In this document: positions 47,806-61,607 of the stretch, piece after piece
Position numbering within the stretch: position 1 is the stretch's first letter
How the letters are laid out: the number at the start of each line of letters is the position of its first letter
Assembly (NCBI GenBank): GCA_964016885.1
Contig: OZ024764.1
Location: 2,418,001-2,482,000, forward strand
Length of the DNA: 64,000 nt
Origin: Eledone cirrhosa
Taxonomy: Eukaryota
Direction: 5' to 3'
Notes under the pieces: generated by a model
What the model was told of the DNA's origin: nothing
The model's input: only the letters and a program-made list of their open reading frames with translations
Databases searched by the model: none
Translations under genes and position numbers: made by a program

Positions 47806-48071
47806 AAAAGGAAAGCTAGGATTGCAAATGGTAGGGATATGACTTGGGTCTTGAATAACCAGGAGTTTAGAAGTCTCCCTCTCACGTTTGGTCAATGTAG
47901 TAAATAAAGGAGGTTGTAGTGTTGGTGTTGACTGTTATTTCTAGCGTGTCGTGTGACCAGTAGTGGTAAGATTTAAAAAAAGATTGTTGCTTATGTGTAT
48001 ATTTATTTAGATATATGGGAGTAATTGGGGAAACCTGGGATTGTAAAGGGGTCAGATGAGATCTGGGTCTC

Positions 48072-48370
48072 TGAGAACTCCTGCACTATAAAATTATTGA
48101 GGTTTGAAAAGCTAACACCTGTTGTGTAAGCTTTTTCTCCACCCTAGCACCGTATGGTGTAGGGTGGAAAACTTGGGTGACAATTCTAACGAAGAGAAAT
48201 ATCTGAGAAAACCTGGTATTGTAATGTGGTCTGGGTCTCTGAGAAACCCCCTTTGCTTATTTAGAATTTTTTTACCCTAACACCATATAGTGAAAGGGTG
48301 AAAAATAGCTTACACCAACGTGTGTAAGCTATTCAAACCTCAATAATTTTATAGGCCAGGGGTTCTCAGA
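48072..48370. repeat. Foldback / MITE-like inverted repeat
   Basis: ctataaaattattgaggtttgaa / ttcaaacctcaataattttatag plus inner imperfect arms. Confidence 0.65.
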
Positions 48371-48375
48371 ACTCT

Positions 48376-51300
48376 TGTGGTTAGAATGTCTGAGGAAAGA
48401 ATCTCTGGATTGAGAGATCACAGCTCTGATACTACAGACATGTGGTTAGAATGTCTGAGGAAAGAATCTCTGGATTGAGAGATCACAGCTCTGATACTCC
48501 AGACATGTGGTTAGAATGTCTCAGAAAAGAATCTCTGAATTGAGAGACCACAGCTCTGATACTACAAACATGTGGTTAGAATGTTTCAGGAGAGAATCTC
48601 TGAATTGAGAGATCACAGCTCTGATACTACAGACATGGGGTTAGAATGTCTGAGGAAAGAATCTGTGAATTGAGAGATCACAGCTCTGATACTACAGACA
48701 TGGGGTTAGAATGTCTGAGGAAAGAATCTCTGAATTGAGAGATCACAGCTCTGATACTATAGACATGTGGTTAGAATGTCTGAGGAAAGAATCTCTGAAT
48801 TAAGAGATCACAGCTCTGATACTACAGACATGTGGTTAGAATGTCTCAGGAAAAAATCTCTGAATTGAGAGACCACAGCTCTGATACTACAGACATGTGG
48901 TTAGAATGTCTCAGGAAAAAATCTCTGAATTGAGAGATCACAGCTCTGATAATACAGACATGTGGTTAGAATGTCTCAGGAAAGAATCTCTGAATTGAGA
49001 GACCACAGCTCTGATACTACAAACATGTGGTTAGAATGTTTCAGGAGAGAATCTCTGAATTGAGAGATCACAGCTCTGATACTACAGACATGGGGTTAGA
49101 ATGTCTGAGGAAAGAATCTCTGAATTGAGAGATCACAGCTCTGATACTACAGACATGTGGTTAGAATGTCTGAGGAAAGAATCTCTGAATTAAGAGATCA
49201 CAGCTCTGATACTACAGACATGTGGTTAGAATGTCTCAGGAAAAAATCTCTGAATTGAGAGACCACAGCTCTGATACTACAGACATGTGGTTAGAATGTC
49301 TCAGGAAAAAATCTCTGAATTGAGAGATCACAGCTCTGATAATACAGACATGTGGTTAGAATGTCTCAGGAAAGAATCTCTGAATTGAGAGATCACAGCT
49401 CTGATACTACAGACATGTGGTTAGAATGTCTCAGGAGAGAATCTCTGAATTGAGAGACCACAGCTCTGATACTGCAGACATGTGGTTAGAATGTCTCAGG
49501 AAAGAATCTCTGAATTGAGAGATCACAGCTCTGATACTACAGACATGTGGTTAGAATGTCTGAGGAAAGAATCTCTGAATTGAGAGATCACAGCTCTGAT
49601 ACTACAGACATGTGGTTAGAATGTCTGAGGAAAGAATCTCTGAATTGAGAGATCACAGCTCTGATACTACAGACGTGTGGTTAGAATGTCTCAGGAAAGA
49701 ATCTCTGAATTGAGAGATAACAGCTCTGATACTACAGACATGTGGTTAGAATGTCTCAGGAAAAAATCTCTGAATTGAGAGACCACAGCTCTGATACTAC
49801 AGACATGTGGTTAGAATGTCTCAGGAAAAAATCTCTGAATTGAGAGATCACAGCTCTGATAATACAGACATGTGGTTAGAATGTCTCAGGAAAGAATCTC
49901 TGAATTGAGAGACCACAGCTCTGATACTACAAACATGTGGTTAGAATGTTTCAGGAGAGAATCTCTGAATTGAGAGATCACAGCTCTGATACTACAGACA
50001 TGGGGTTAGAATGTCTGAGGAAAGAATCTCTGAATTGAGAGATCACAGCTCTGATACTACAGACATGTGGTTAGAATGTCTGAGGAAAGAATCTCTGAAT
50101 TAAGAGATCACAGCTCTGATACTACAGACATGTGGTTAGAATGTCTCAGGAAAAAATCTCTGAATTGAGAGACCACAGCTCTGATACTACAGACATGTGG
50201 TTAGAATGTCTCAGGAAAAAATCTCTGAATTGAGAGATCACAGCTCTGATAATACAGACATGTGGTTAGAATGTCTCAGGAAAGAATCTCTGAATTGAGA
50301 GATCACAGCACTGATACTACAGACATGTGGTTAGAATGTCTCAGGAAAGAATCTCTGAATTGAGAGATCACAGCTCTGATACTACAGACATGTGGTTAGA
50401 ATGTCTGAGGAAAGAATCTCTGAATTGAGAGATCACAGCTCTGATACTACAGACATGTGGTTAGAATGTCTCAGGAAAGAATCTCTGAATTGAGAGATAA
50501 CAGCTCTGATACTACAGACATGTGGTTAGAATGTCTGAGGAAAGAATCTCTGAATTGAGAGATCACAGCTCTGATACTGCAGACATGTGGTTAGAATGTC
50601 TCAGGAAAGAATCTCTGAATTGAGAGATCACAGCTCTGATACTACAGACATGTGGTTAGAATGTCTCAGGAAAGAATCTCTGAATTGAGAGATAACAGCT
50701 CTGATACTACAGACATGTGGTTAGAATGTCTCAGGAAAAAATCTCTGAATTGAGAGACCACAGCTCTGATACTACAGACATGTGGTTAGAATGTCTCAGG
50801 AAAAAATCTCTGAATTGAAAGATCACAGCTCTGATAATACAGACATGTGGTTAGAATGTCTGAGGAAAGAATCTCTGAATTGAGAGATCACAGCTCTGAT
50901 ACTACAGACATGTGGTTAGAATGTCTCAGGAGAGAATCTCTGAATTGAGAGACCACAGCTCTGATACTGCAGACATGTGGTTAGAATGTCTGAGGAAAGA
51001 ATCTCTGAATTGAGAGATCACAGCTCTGATACTACAGACATGTGGTTAGAATGTCTGAGGAAAGAATCTCTGAATTGAGAGATCACAGCTCTGATACTAC
51101 AGACATGTGGTTAGAATGTCTGAGGAAAGAATCTCTGAATTGAGAGATCACAGCTCTGATACTACAGACATGTGGTTAGAATGTCTGAGGAAAGAATCTC
51201 TGAATTGAGAGATAACAGCTCTGATACTACAGACATGTGGTTAGAATGTCTGAGGAAAGAATCTCTGAATTGAGAGATCACAGCTCTGATACTGCAGACA

Positions 51301-51860
51301 TGTGGTTAGAATGTCTCAGGAAAGAATCTCTGAATTGAGAGATCACAGCTCTGATACTGCAGACATGTGGTTAGAATGTCTCAGGAAAGAATCTCTGAAT
51401 TGAGAGATCACAGCTCTGATACTGCAGACATGTGGTTAGAATGTCTCAGGAAAGAATCTCTGAATTGAGAGATCACAGCTCTGATACTACAGACATGTGG
51501 TTAGAATGTCTGAGGAAAGAATCTCTGTATTGAGAGATCATAGCTCTGATACTACAGACATGTGGTTAGAAGGTCTCAGGAAAGAATCTTTGAATTGAGA
51601 GATCACAGCTCTGATACTACAGACATGTGGTTAGAATGTCTCAGGAAAGAATCTCTGGACAGATTTTACGGGCAAAAACCGCCGGCAGGAGACCCGGGGT
51701 AGGCCCCAAGCAACATGATTGGATAACATCCATGAGCTTGGCTGGTCTTGGTTGGGGATCCAGCCGGATCAGTTGCTTCTAATAGGAACCACTGGAAGGA
51801 GTGTTTGAGGACTCTGCCCTCACAACCCTCTCAGGAATATGTGGGCGAAGAAAAAGAGCA
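48376..51860 (+). repeat. 65-bp tandem array (about 50 units, to 51658) continuing into an RTE LINE 3' end
   Basis: Same unit and same downstream flank as 28205-29055. Confidence 0.93.
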
Positions 51861-52019
51861 TTATTTAAAAAAACACTAGATGACAATTGAAAATGGAGAA
51901 GGAATTGAAGAAACCTGGGATTACAAGAGGGGCTGGGTAGGAAGGGAAATTACAAGGGGGGAAGGTAGAGTAAGGTAGGGGCTGAGTGTAAAAGGAGAGA
52001 GAGATCTTTGTTTACTTAC

Positions 52020-52125
52020 TTTGGTGGCATGTCTATGAGAGATGGGGTTTATCAATGGATCAAAGTAGAAAGCTGGTAGATCAGGATCTTCAGTTTTGAT
52101 ATAAACCACATTAGGTTTGTGGTAC
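52020..52125 (-). CDS. PRPF8: PRPF8 exon 4 ([15 protein letters not shown]...HRHATK)
   Basis: Prp8 match; cag / gtaagt; 106 nt. Confidence 0.98.
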
Positions 52126-52499
52126 CTGTGAGAGGAGACAGAGGGGGAAAAACATATTATTCAAGGGGGCTTCAACAAGTCTGTGGTAAAGGACAGTTTG
52201 ACAAAAAAAAAAAAAACGGTTTAAATTATGTTTATTTTGTGTTAAAGACACGGCAAAAAGCACCCAGCACACACTGTCAATGTGGTTGGCATTAGGAAGG
52301 GCATCCAGCCGTAGAAAACCAGCCAGAAAAACCCCTATATGAGCGAGACATGGTCATATATATAAAAAACATATCAAAAATTGTCAGGGGATAATTTGTA
52401 AAGAGTGTAAGAACACATAGTTACAGAGGTATCATATTAAAACTAAACATAAACTTATCAAAACTTAAGAATAACTTCATATATATATATATATAAATA

Positions 52500-52832
52500 T
52501 CATCATCATCATTTTTCGTCCGCTTTTCCCTGCTTGCAAGGGTGGGACGGGAACTGATTCTGGCTTGATTTCTACAGCTGGATGCCCTTCCTAACACCAA
52601 CCTCATTTACAGTGACTGCTGGGTGCTTTTTTGCCGTGGCACCTCCACGACCACTTTGCAGTGGAATGATAGGGACCGCAGTCCCTATCATCTCATTTCT
52701 ACAGCTGAGTAAACTGGAGCAACGTGAAATAAAGTCTCTTGCTCAAGGAAACAACACATCACCCGGTCTGAGAATTGAACTCACAACCTTTTGATTGCAA
52801 GGCCAATGCTCTAACTACTAAGCCATGTGCCT

Positions 52833-52835
<3 letters not shown>
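52500..52835 (-). mobile_element. Full-length SINE A (about 335 bp, single module)
   Basis: tRNA-like head through (GAT)n tail. Confidence 0.9.
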
Positions 52836-52901
<66 letters not shown>

Positions 52902-53209
52902 TGTGTTCTTGCACTCTTTACAAATTATCTCCTGCCAATGATTGATGTTTTATTATGTTTTATATATATATATATAAATGTAATCTGAGTTTTTCGAATA
53001 TTAATAATGACATTCGGTTCGTTTGCAATTATGCAAACAAGCCTCAATTTTATAGCCATGTCAGTAGAATGAACTCTTCATTCTTGCTCTTGTGTTGGCA
53101 GGTGAACAGAACTGCAGACACTAATGTTTCTGGGTATCACCCTTCATCAGTACAGCTCACTGTTCACCTGCCAAACTGTCAGAGCTAGTGATTACATTTA
53201 TTGTATTCA

Positions 53210-53945
53210 ACTGTAAAGTGGTCATGTAGGTGACACAACAAAAAGGACCCAGTCCACACGGTAATGTGGTCATGTAGGTGTCACAGCAAAAAACACCCAG
53301 TCCACACTGTAAAGTGGTCATGTAGGTGTCACAACAAAAAGTACCCAGTCCACACGGTAATGTGGTCATGTAGGTGTCACAGCAAAAAACACCCAGTCCA
53401 CACTGTAAAGTGGTCATGTAGGTGTCACAACAAAAAGTACCCAGTCCACTCTGTAAAGTGGACATGTAGGTGTCACAGCAAAAAGTACCCAGTCCACACT
53501 AAAGTGGTCATGTAGGTGTCACAGCAAAAAACCCCCCCTCCTACTGTAAAGTGGTCATGTAGGTGTCACAACAAAAAGTACCCAGTCCACACTGTAAAGT
53601 GGTCATGTAGGTGTCATGACAAAAAATACCCAGTCCACACTGTAAGGTGGTCATGTAGGTGTCACAACAAAAAGTACCCAGTCCACACTGTAAAGTGGTC
53701 ATGTAGGTGTCATGACAAAAAATACCCAGTCCACACTGTAAGGTGGTCATGTAGGTGTCACAACAAAAAGTACCCAGTCCCCACTGTAAAGTGGTCATGT
53801 AGGTGTCATGACAAAAAATACCCAGTCCACACTGTAAGGTGGTCATGTAGGTGTCACAACAAAAAGTACCCAGTCCCCACTGTAAAGTGGTCATGTAGGT
53901 GACACAACAAAAAGTACCCAGTCCACACTGTAAAGTGGTTGGCAT
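53210..53945. repeat. 48-bp tandem array (about 15 units), inverted relative to 11800-12797
   Basis: Direct inspection. Confidence 0.92.
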
Positions 53946-54280
53946 TAGATGATTCCCTAAACCAGTAATACACACATACACAGATAAAACAAACCAATGT
54001 AAGGATTAAAACCCCGTCTATTAGCATCTTAACGATAAACTTGTCTGATAGGGACAGCTCCTGCCACAATAGATTCTGATGGCAGGCAATATCACCCACA
54101 TCATATTGATATTCCACGACTGCAGCAAAGATCCGATGGTACTTCCACGGATCAAATGCACAGAACATCATGGATTTCAGTATCTATCTTTCTTAACATC
54201 CTAAAAACGAGTTTGTTAAATCAAATGTTTATAGCATCTTTACTAGTGGACAGATAGTTGTGAAAATTTACAGTATTATA

Positions 54281-54660
54281 CACTTAGCATTTACATTACT
54301 CTATATATACTATTGTATTTTCACAGTAAAGGCTTTACCTCACATAATACCTCACATAACATTTACATTACTCTATATATACTATTGTATTTTCACAGTA
54401 AAGGCTTTACCTCACATAATATCTCACATAACATTTACATTACTCTATATATACTATTGTATTTTCACAGTAAAGGTTTACCTCACATAATATCTCACAT
54501 AACATTTACATTACTCTATATATGCTATTGTATTTTCACAGTAAAGGCTTTACCTCACATAATATCTCACATAACATTTACATTACTCTATATATACTAT
54601 TGTATTTTCACAGTAAAGGCTTTACCTCACACAACATTTACATTACTCTATATATACTAT
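54281..54660. repeat. 72-bp satellite in inverted orientation, about 5 units
   Basis: Begins ttagcatttacattactc. Confidence 0.9.
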
Positions 54661-54989
54661 TCATTCCATTTTATGTCCGCTTTTTCCCTGCTTGCAAGGG
54701 TGGGACGGGAACTGATTCTGGCTTGATTTCTACAGCTGGATGCTCTTCCTAACACCAACCTCATTTACAGTGAGTGCTGGGTGCTTTTTTGCCGTGGCAC
54801 CTCCACGACCACTTTGCAGTGGAATGATAGGGACCCCAGTCCCTATCATCTCATTTCTACAGCTGAGTAAACTGGAGCAATGTGAAATAAAGTGTCTTGC
54901 TCAAGGAAACAACACATCACCCGGTCTGAGAATTGAACTCACAACCTTTCGATTGCAAGGCCAATGCTCTAACCACTAAGCCATGTGCC
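54661..54989 (-). mobile_element. Full-length SINE A
   Basis: Near-identical to 52500-52835. Confidence 0.9.
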
Positions 54990-55103
54990 ACTATTATATA
55001 TAGTAATCTAGATATACACACATACAAATCAATGCATGTATAAACACACACAGACAAGAAGACAAAAGGAAAATTAAAAAGTGTGAAGCGGAGAAATACC
55101 CAC

Positions 55104-55229
55104 CAGGAGAGGTGAACTTGGAATGGGATGTTGTTGTATAAATACGGGAAAGCAATCCGATACTCTGTACGGACAGGTTGTCGTATGATGATCTTGTTGA
55201 TGTCATTAAATTCATTCCAATCTTCGTCC
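55104..55229 (-). CDS. PRPF8: PRPF8 exon 3 ([12 protein letters not shown]...QVHLSW)
   Basis: Manual translation; cag / gtgggt; 126 nt. Confidence 0.97.
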
Positions 55230-55274
55230 CTGGAGGGGGAATAAAAAATAAAAAATAGATAGAATTACAAACCA

Positions 55275-55685
55275 CACACCTATGTAGGTTTAGCTGACCT
55301 CCTATAAGGCTGCATCTCATAGGAGATCTCTCGGGTATCTTAATGACAGGGACCCCAGTCTTATCATGTTACAGCATAAATCTATGTAGGTTTAGCTGGT
55401 GTCCTACAAGGTTGTATCTCATAGGAGGTTTCTTGGCTGTTTTAATGATAGGGACCTCAGTCCTATCATGTTGTTACAGCTCACACCTATGTAGATTTAG
55501 CTGGCCTCCTACAAGGTTGCATCTCATAGGAGGTTTCTCTGGTGTTTTAATGATAGGGACCTCAGTCCTATCATGCTGATGATACAGCTCACACCTATGT
55601 AGATTTAGCTGGTGTCCTACAAGGTTGTATCTCATAGGAGGTTTTTTTCAGTGTTTTAATGATAAGGGCCCAAGTCCTATCATGA
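55275..55685. repeat. Diverged tandem repeat of about 105 bp (4 units), related to 60690-61590
   Basis: Shared catctcataggagg...taatgatagggacc motif. Confidence 0.75.
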
Positions 55686-55689
55686 TAGA

Positions 55690-56480
55690 GATAAATATAG
55701 ATAGGTAGATAGATGGAGAGAGAGAGAGAGATAAAGATAAATATAGATAGGTAGATAGATGAAGTGAGAGAGAGAGAGAGATCGACTGAGAGAGAGAAAG
55801 AGATAGACTAAGATAGATGGAGAGAGAGAAAGAGATAGACTAAGAGAGATAGAGAGAGAGAGTCTGACTATGAGGAAGAGATAGACTAAGATAGATGGGG
55901 GAGAGAGAGAGAGAGATAGACTAAGATAGATGGGGAGAGAGAGAGATTAAGAAAGATGGGGGAGAGAGAGAGAGATAGAGATAGACAAAGAAAGATGGAG
56001 AGAGAGATATAGAGATAGACAGAGAGAGAGAGATAGACTAAGATAGATGGGGGGGGAGAGAGATAGAGAAAGAAAGATGGAGAGAGGGAGATATAGAGAT
56101 AGACAGAGAGAGAGAGAGAGAGATAGACTAAGATAGATGAGGGAGAGAGAGATAGAGATAGACAAAGAAAGATGGAGAGAGGGAGATATAGAGATAGACA
56201 GAGAGAGAGAGAGAGAGATAGACTAAGATAGATGGGGGAGAGAGAGATAGAGATAGACAAAGAAAGATGGAGAGAGGGAGATATAGAGATAGACACAGAG
56301 AGAGAGAGAGAGATAGACTAAGATAGATGGGGGAGAGAGAGAGAGAGAGATAGACTAAGATAGATGGGGGAGAGAGAGAGAGAGAGATAGAGTGAGAGAG
56401 AGAAAGAGATAGACTAAGAGAAATAGATAGAGAGATAGATAGTAGTCTGACTATGAGAGAGATAAACTAAGATAGATATA
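55690..56480. repeat. (GA)/(GATA)-rich compound repeat
   Basis: Direct inspection. Confidence 0.9.
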
Positions 56481-56569
56481 GAGGGGGTGGATGGTGGTGG
56501 CTTTTAAAAGAGAAGGTTTGAAGCAAGGGACAGTGGACAGCCAGACAGACAGAAGAGCATTTTACTCAC

Positions 56570-56782
56570 TGAAGTTCTTTATCCTTCACCAGAGGTTCAA
56601 ACTTGGGTCCTCCGGGAATAGCCAAATTGAGGGCTTTGGCTGTGAAGAAGGACTTGAGATCAAACAGGTAGTAGTAGTTCTCATCTACAAGGTCGGTCAA
56701 GAGTTGGTTGGCCAGGCGGTAGAGCACTGACATTATCGGTAGAGAGAGGTTCCAGTGACGGTATGTTGAACCATTCAGATGT
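56570..56782 (-). CDS. PRPF8: PRPF8 exon 2 ([10 protein letters not shown]...VKDKELQ)
   Basis: Manual translation; cag / gtgagt; 213 nt. Confidence 0.97.
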
Positions 56783-56861
56783 CTGCAAGAGAGAGAGAAA
56801 ATAAAGATCAGTTAGTTAAACAAGAGGGTTATCAATTTCATTTGTTTGTAATCTTCTTCTT

Positions 56862-59590
56862 TTTCTTTTCCCTGCTTGCAAGGGTGGGATGGGAACTGAT
56901 GCTGGCTTGATTTCTACAGCTGGATGCCCTTCCTAACACCAACCTCATTTACAGTGAGGGCTGGGTGCTTTTTTGCCGTGGCACCTCCACGACCACTTTG
57001 CAGTGGAATGATAGGGACCCCAGTCCCTATCATCTGATTTCTACAGCTGGATGCCCTTCCTAACACCAACCTCATTTACAGTGAGTGCTGGGTGCTTTTT
57101 TGCCGTGGCCCCTCCACGACCACTTTACAGTGGAATGATAGGGACCCCAGTCCTTATCATCTGATTTCTACAGCTGGATGTCCTTCCTAACACCAACCTC
57201 ATTTACAGTGAGTGCTGGATGCCTTTTTTTGCCGTGGCACCTCCACGACCACTTTACAGTGAGTGCTGGGTGCTTTTTTTTGCCGTGGCACCTCCACGAC
57301 CACTTTACAGTGAGTGCTGGGTCCTTTTTTTGCCGTGGCACCTCCACGACCACTTTACAGTGAGTGCTGGGTGCTTTTTTTTGCCGTGGCACCTCCACGA
57401 CCACTTTACAGTGAGTGCTGGGTGCTTTTTTTTGCCGTGGCACCTCCACGACCACTTTACAGTGAGTGCTGGGTGCTTTTTTGGCGTGGCACCTCCACGA
57501 CCACTTTACAGTGAGTGCTGGGTGCTTTTTTGGCGTGGCACCTCCACGACCACTTTACAGTGAGTGCTGGGTCCTTTTTTTGCCGTGGCACCTCCACGAC
57601 CACTTTACAGTGAGTGCTGGGTGCTTTTTTGGCGTGGCACCTCCACGACCACTTTACAGTGAGTGCTGGGTGCTTTTTTGGCGTGGCACCTCCACGACCA
57701 CTTTACAGTGAGTGCTGGGTGCTTTTTTGCCGTGGCACCTCCACGACCACTTTACAGTGAGTGCTGGGTGCTTTTTTGCCGTGGCACCTCCACGACCACT
57801 TTACAGTGAGTGCTGGGTGCTTTTTTGGCGTGGCACCTCCACGACCACTTTACAGTGAGTGCTGGGTCCTTTTTTTGCCGTGGCACCTCCACGACCACTT
57901 TACAGTGAGTGCTGGGTCCTTTTTTTGCCGTGGCACCTCCACGACCACTTTACAGTGAGTGCTGGGTCCTTTTTTTGCCGTGGCACCTCCACGACCACTT
58001 TACAGTGAGTGCTGGGTGCTTTTTTTGCCGTGGCACCTCCACGACCACTTTACAGTGAGTGCTGGGTGCTTTTTTTTGCCGTGGCACCTCCACGACCACT
58101 TTACAGTGAGTGCTGGGTGCTTTTTTGGCGTGACACCTCCACGACCACTTTACAGTGAGTGCTGGGTGCTTTTTTGGCGTGGCACCTCCACGACCACTTT
58201 ACAGTGAGTGCTGGGTCCTTTTTTTGCCGTGGCACCTCCACGACCACTTTACAGTGAGTGCTGGGTGCTTTTTTGGCGTGGCACCTCCACGACCACTTTA
58301 CAGTGAGTGCTGGGTGCTTTTTTGGCGTGGCACCTCCACGACCACTTTACAGTGAGTGCTGGGTGCTTTTTTGCCGTGGCACCTCCACGACCACTTTACA
58401 GTGAGTGCAGGGTGCTTTTTTGCCGTGGCACCTCCACGACCACTTTACAGTGAGTGCTGGGTGCTTTTTTGGCGTGGCACCTCCACGACCACTTTACAGT
58501 GAGTGCTGGGTCCTTTTTTTGCCGTGGCACCTCCACGACCACTTTACAGTGAGTGCTGGGTCCTTTTTTTGCCGTGGCACCTCCACGACCACTTTACAGT
58601 GAGTGCTGGGTCCTTTTTTTGCCGTGGCACCTCCACGACCACTTTACAGTGAGTGCTGGGTCCTTTTTTTGCCGTGGCACCTCCACGACCACTTTACAGT
58701 GAGTGCTGGGTGCTTTTTTTGCCGTGGCACCTCCACGACCACTTTACAGTGAGTGCTGGGTCCTTTTTTTGCCGTGGCACCTCCACGACCACTTTACAGT
58801 GAGTGCTGGGTGCTTTTTTGCCGTGGCACCTCCACGACCACTTTACAGTGAGTGCTGGGTGCTTTTTTGGCGTGGCACCTCCACGACCACTTTACAGTGA
58901 GTGCTGGGTCCTTTTTTTGCCGTGGCACCTCCACGACCACTTTACAGTGAGTGCTGGGTCCTTTTTTTGCCGTGGCACCTCCACGACCACTTTACAGTGA
59001 GTGCTGGCTGCTTTTTTTGCCGTGGCACCTCCACGACCACTTTACAGTGAGTGCTGGGTCCTTTTTTTGCCGTGGCACCTCCACGACCACTTTACAGTGA
59101 GTGCTGGGTGCTTTTTTACCGTGGCACCTCCACGACCACTTTACAGTGAGTGCTGGGTGCTTTTTTGGCGTGGCACCTCCACGACCACTTTACAGTGAGT
59201 GCTGGGTGCTTTTTTGGCGTGGCACCTCCACGACCACTTTACAGTGAGTGCTGGGTCCTTTTTTTGCCGTGGCACCTCCACGACCACTTTACAGTGAGTG
59301 CTGGGTGCTTTTTTGCCATGGCACCTCCACGACCACTTTACAGTGAGGGCTGGGTGCTTTTTTGCCGTGGCACCTCCACGACCACTTTGCAGTGAGGGCT
59401 GGGTGCTTTTTTGCCGTGCACCTCCACGACCACTTTGCAGTGGAATGATAGGGACCCCAGTCCCTATCATCTCATTTCTACAGCTGAGTAAACTGGAGCA
59501 ATGTGAAATAAAGTGTCTTGCTCAAAGAAACAACACATCACCCGGTCTGAGAATTGAACTCACAACCTTTCGACTGCAAGGCCAATGCTC
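56862..59590 (-). mobile_element. SINE A with the 49-50-bp module expanded about 45-fold
   Basis: Head at 59450-59590 and tail at 56862-56950 enclose the array. Confidence 0.9.
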
Positions 59591-60276
59591 TCTAACCTAC
59601 AATAAAGTAAGGAGAGCGGGACTGCGCCCAGAATATATTTTTATCCCCTTAGTAAAGTAAGTTGGATTACTTTGAATAAATAATTATTTCTACTTTTGGC
59701 ACAAGGCCATCAATTACCCCAGTATATTACTGGTACTTTATTTTATCGACCCTGTAAGGATGAAAGGCAAAGTTAACCTCGGTGGGATTTGAACTCAGAT
59801 CATAAGTAATAAAATATATTTAATCAACAGCCACGAAATTTAGTAGATAAATGACGTAATATTCATTATTTACTTTGAATAAATAATGAATGAATATTAC
59901 ATAATTTATCTAATAAAAATTGTGTGGCTGTTGATTAAATATATTTTATTACTTATTTAAAGATTCACTTCTTTAAAATTTTCAAATGTCAACACTTCCG
60001 TTTAGCGATCGCTTAAATAAACATTCATATATTTCCATCACTAATTTTCTCCTAATACAGTTTATATATAATATCGTCTTTTTTTAATGTATCATGGATT
60101 ACTTTACTGATTACATAAGACAGTGTAACACAGTCTCTCTTCAATTTCTGTGTATATTGTCAATTACGATTTTATTTGATGTATCATATCTACATGTATG
60201 TATACTTGTGTATAATATCAATATACACACTACACTTGTTAGCAGAAAACGAGCCGAAGGGTGGTTTTTCTGCTAG
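59591..60276 (+). mobile_element. Non-autonomous Helitron with nested SINE B fragment
   Basis: TC start; hairpin agcagaaaac...gtttttctgct and CTAG|T end. Confidence 0.8.
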
Positions 60277-60399
60277 TTTTCTTAATTTTCTATGTGCAGA
60301 CTTGAAATTTTGTCAGTAGATGTTTAAATATCAATAATTTACAATGATATATTTTCACCTGATTTTTTTTTGTTAAAGAAGAATGGAAGGAAGACTTAC

Positions 60400-60615
60400 T
60401 TGGTTTCAGTGAGTGGTTTATGTTCATAGAACCAGTTCATCACAGCTTTGTCCTCATCAGTGTCCAGTTCCAACTGGATGGCCTCAAGTGGCTCTACATC
60501 GAGCACATTGTCGGCATAGTCAAGAGGTGGCTCCTCATCATCAAAGGGAGGGAACCTCATCCTCTTAAAGTGGCGACGATCCCTTTTCTCTCTCCTCATC
60601 ATAATCCACATCGAT
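60400..60615 (-). CDS. PRPF8: PRPF8 exon 1 in window ([16 protein letters not shown]...KPLTETK)
   Basis: Prp8 N-terminal domain match; cag / gtaagt; 216 nt; upstream exons lie beyond 64000. Confidence 0.98.
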
Positions 60616-60689
60616 CTGAAGAGAATATGTAAGAAAAGGAAATTTAATTTACAATTCATATCCATGTTATTATTAGCTGGCCTCATAGT

Positions 60690-61590
60690 ATCTTATAGGA
60701 GGTATCTTGGTATTTTAATGATGGGGACCCCAGTCCTATAAGGCATCTCATAGGAGGTATCTTGGGTGTTTTTATGATAGGGACCCCAGTCCTATAAGGC
60801 ATCTCATAGGAAGTGTCTTGGGTGTTTTTATGATAGGGACCCCAGTCCTATAAGGCATCTCATAGGAGGTGTCTTGGGTGTTTTTATGATAGGGACCCCA
60901 GTCCTATAAGGCATCTCATAGGAGGTGTCTTGGGTGTTTTTATGATAGGGACCCCCGTCCTATAAGGCATCTCATAGGAGGTGTCTTGGGTGTATTTATG
61001 ATAGGGACCCCAGTCCTATAAGGCATCTCATAGGAAGTGTCTTGGGTGTTTTTATGATAGGGACCCCAGTCCTATAAGGCATCTCATAGGAGGTGTCTTG
61101 GGTGTATTTATGATAGGGACCCCAGTCCTATAAGGCATCTCATAGGAAGTGTCTTGGGTGTTTTTATGATAGGGACCCCAGTCCTATAAGGCATCTCATA
61201 GGAAGTGTCTTGGGTGTTTTTATGATAGGGACCCCAGTCCTATAAGGCATCTCATAGGAGGTGTCTTGGGTGTTTTTATGATAGGGACCCCAGTCCTATA
61301 AGGCATCTCATAGGAGGTATCTTGGATGTTTTTATGATAGGGACCCCAGTCCTATAAGGCATCTCATAGGAAGTGTCTTGGGTGTATTTATGATAGGGAC
61401 CCCAGTCCTATAAGGCATCTCATAGGAGGTGTCTTGGGTGTTTTTATGATAGGGACCCCAGTCCTATAAGGCATCTCATAGGAAGTGTCTTGGGTGTTTT
61501 TATGATAGGGACCCCAGTCCTATCTCATAAAAGATTTCTTGGGTGTTTTAATAAAAGGGACCCCAGTCCTATCATGTTGTTACAGCTCAT
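60690..61590. repeat. 56-bp minisatellite, about 15 units
   Basis: ggaccccagt anchors at 60725, 60781 and 60837. Confidence 0.92.
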
Positions 61591-61607
61591 ACCTATGTTA
61601 TGTTTAA

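Noticed and set aside
47115-47885. 256-aa hydrophobic ORF as an extension of exon 5
   Set aside because: Out of frame with PRPF8 and stops 8 nt into the exon
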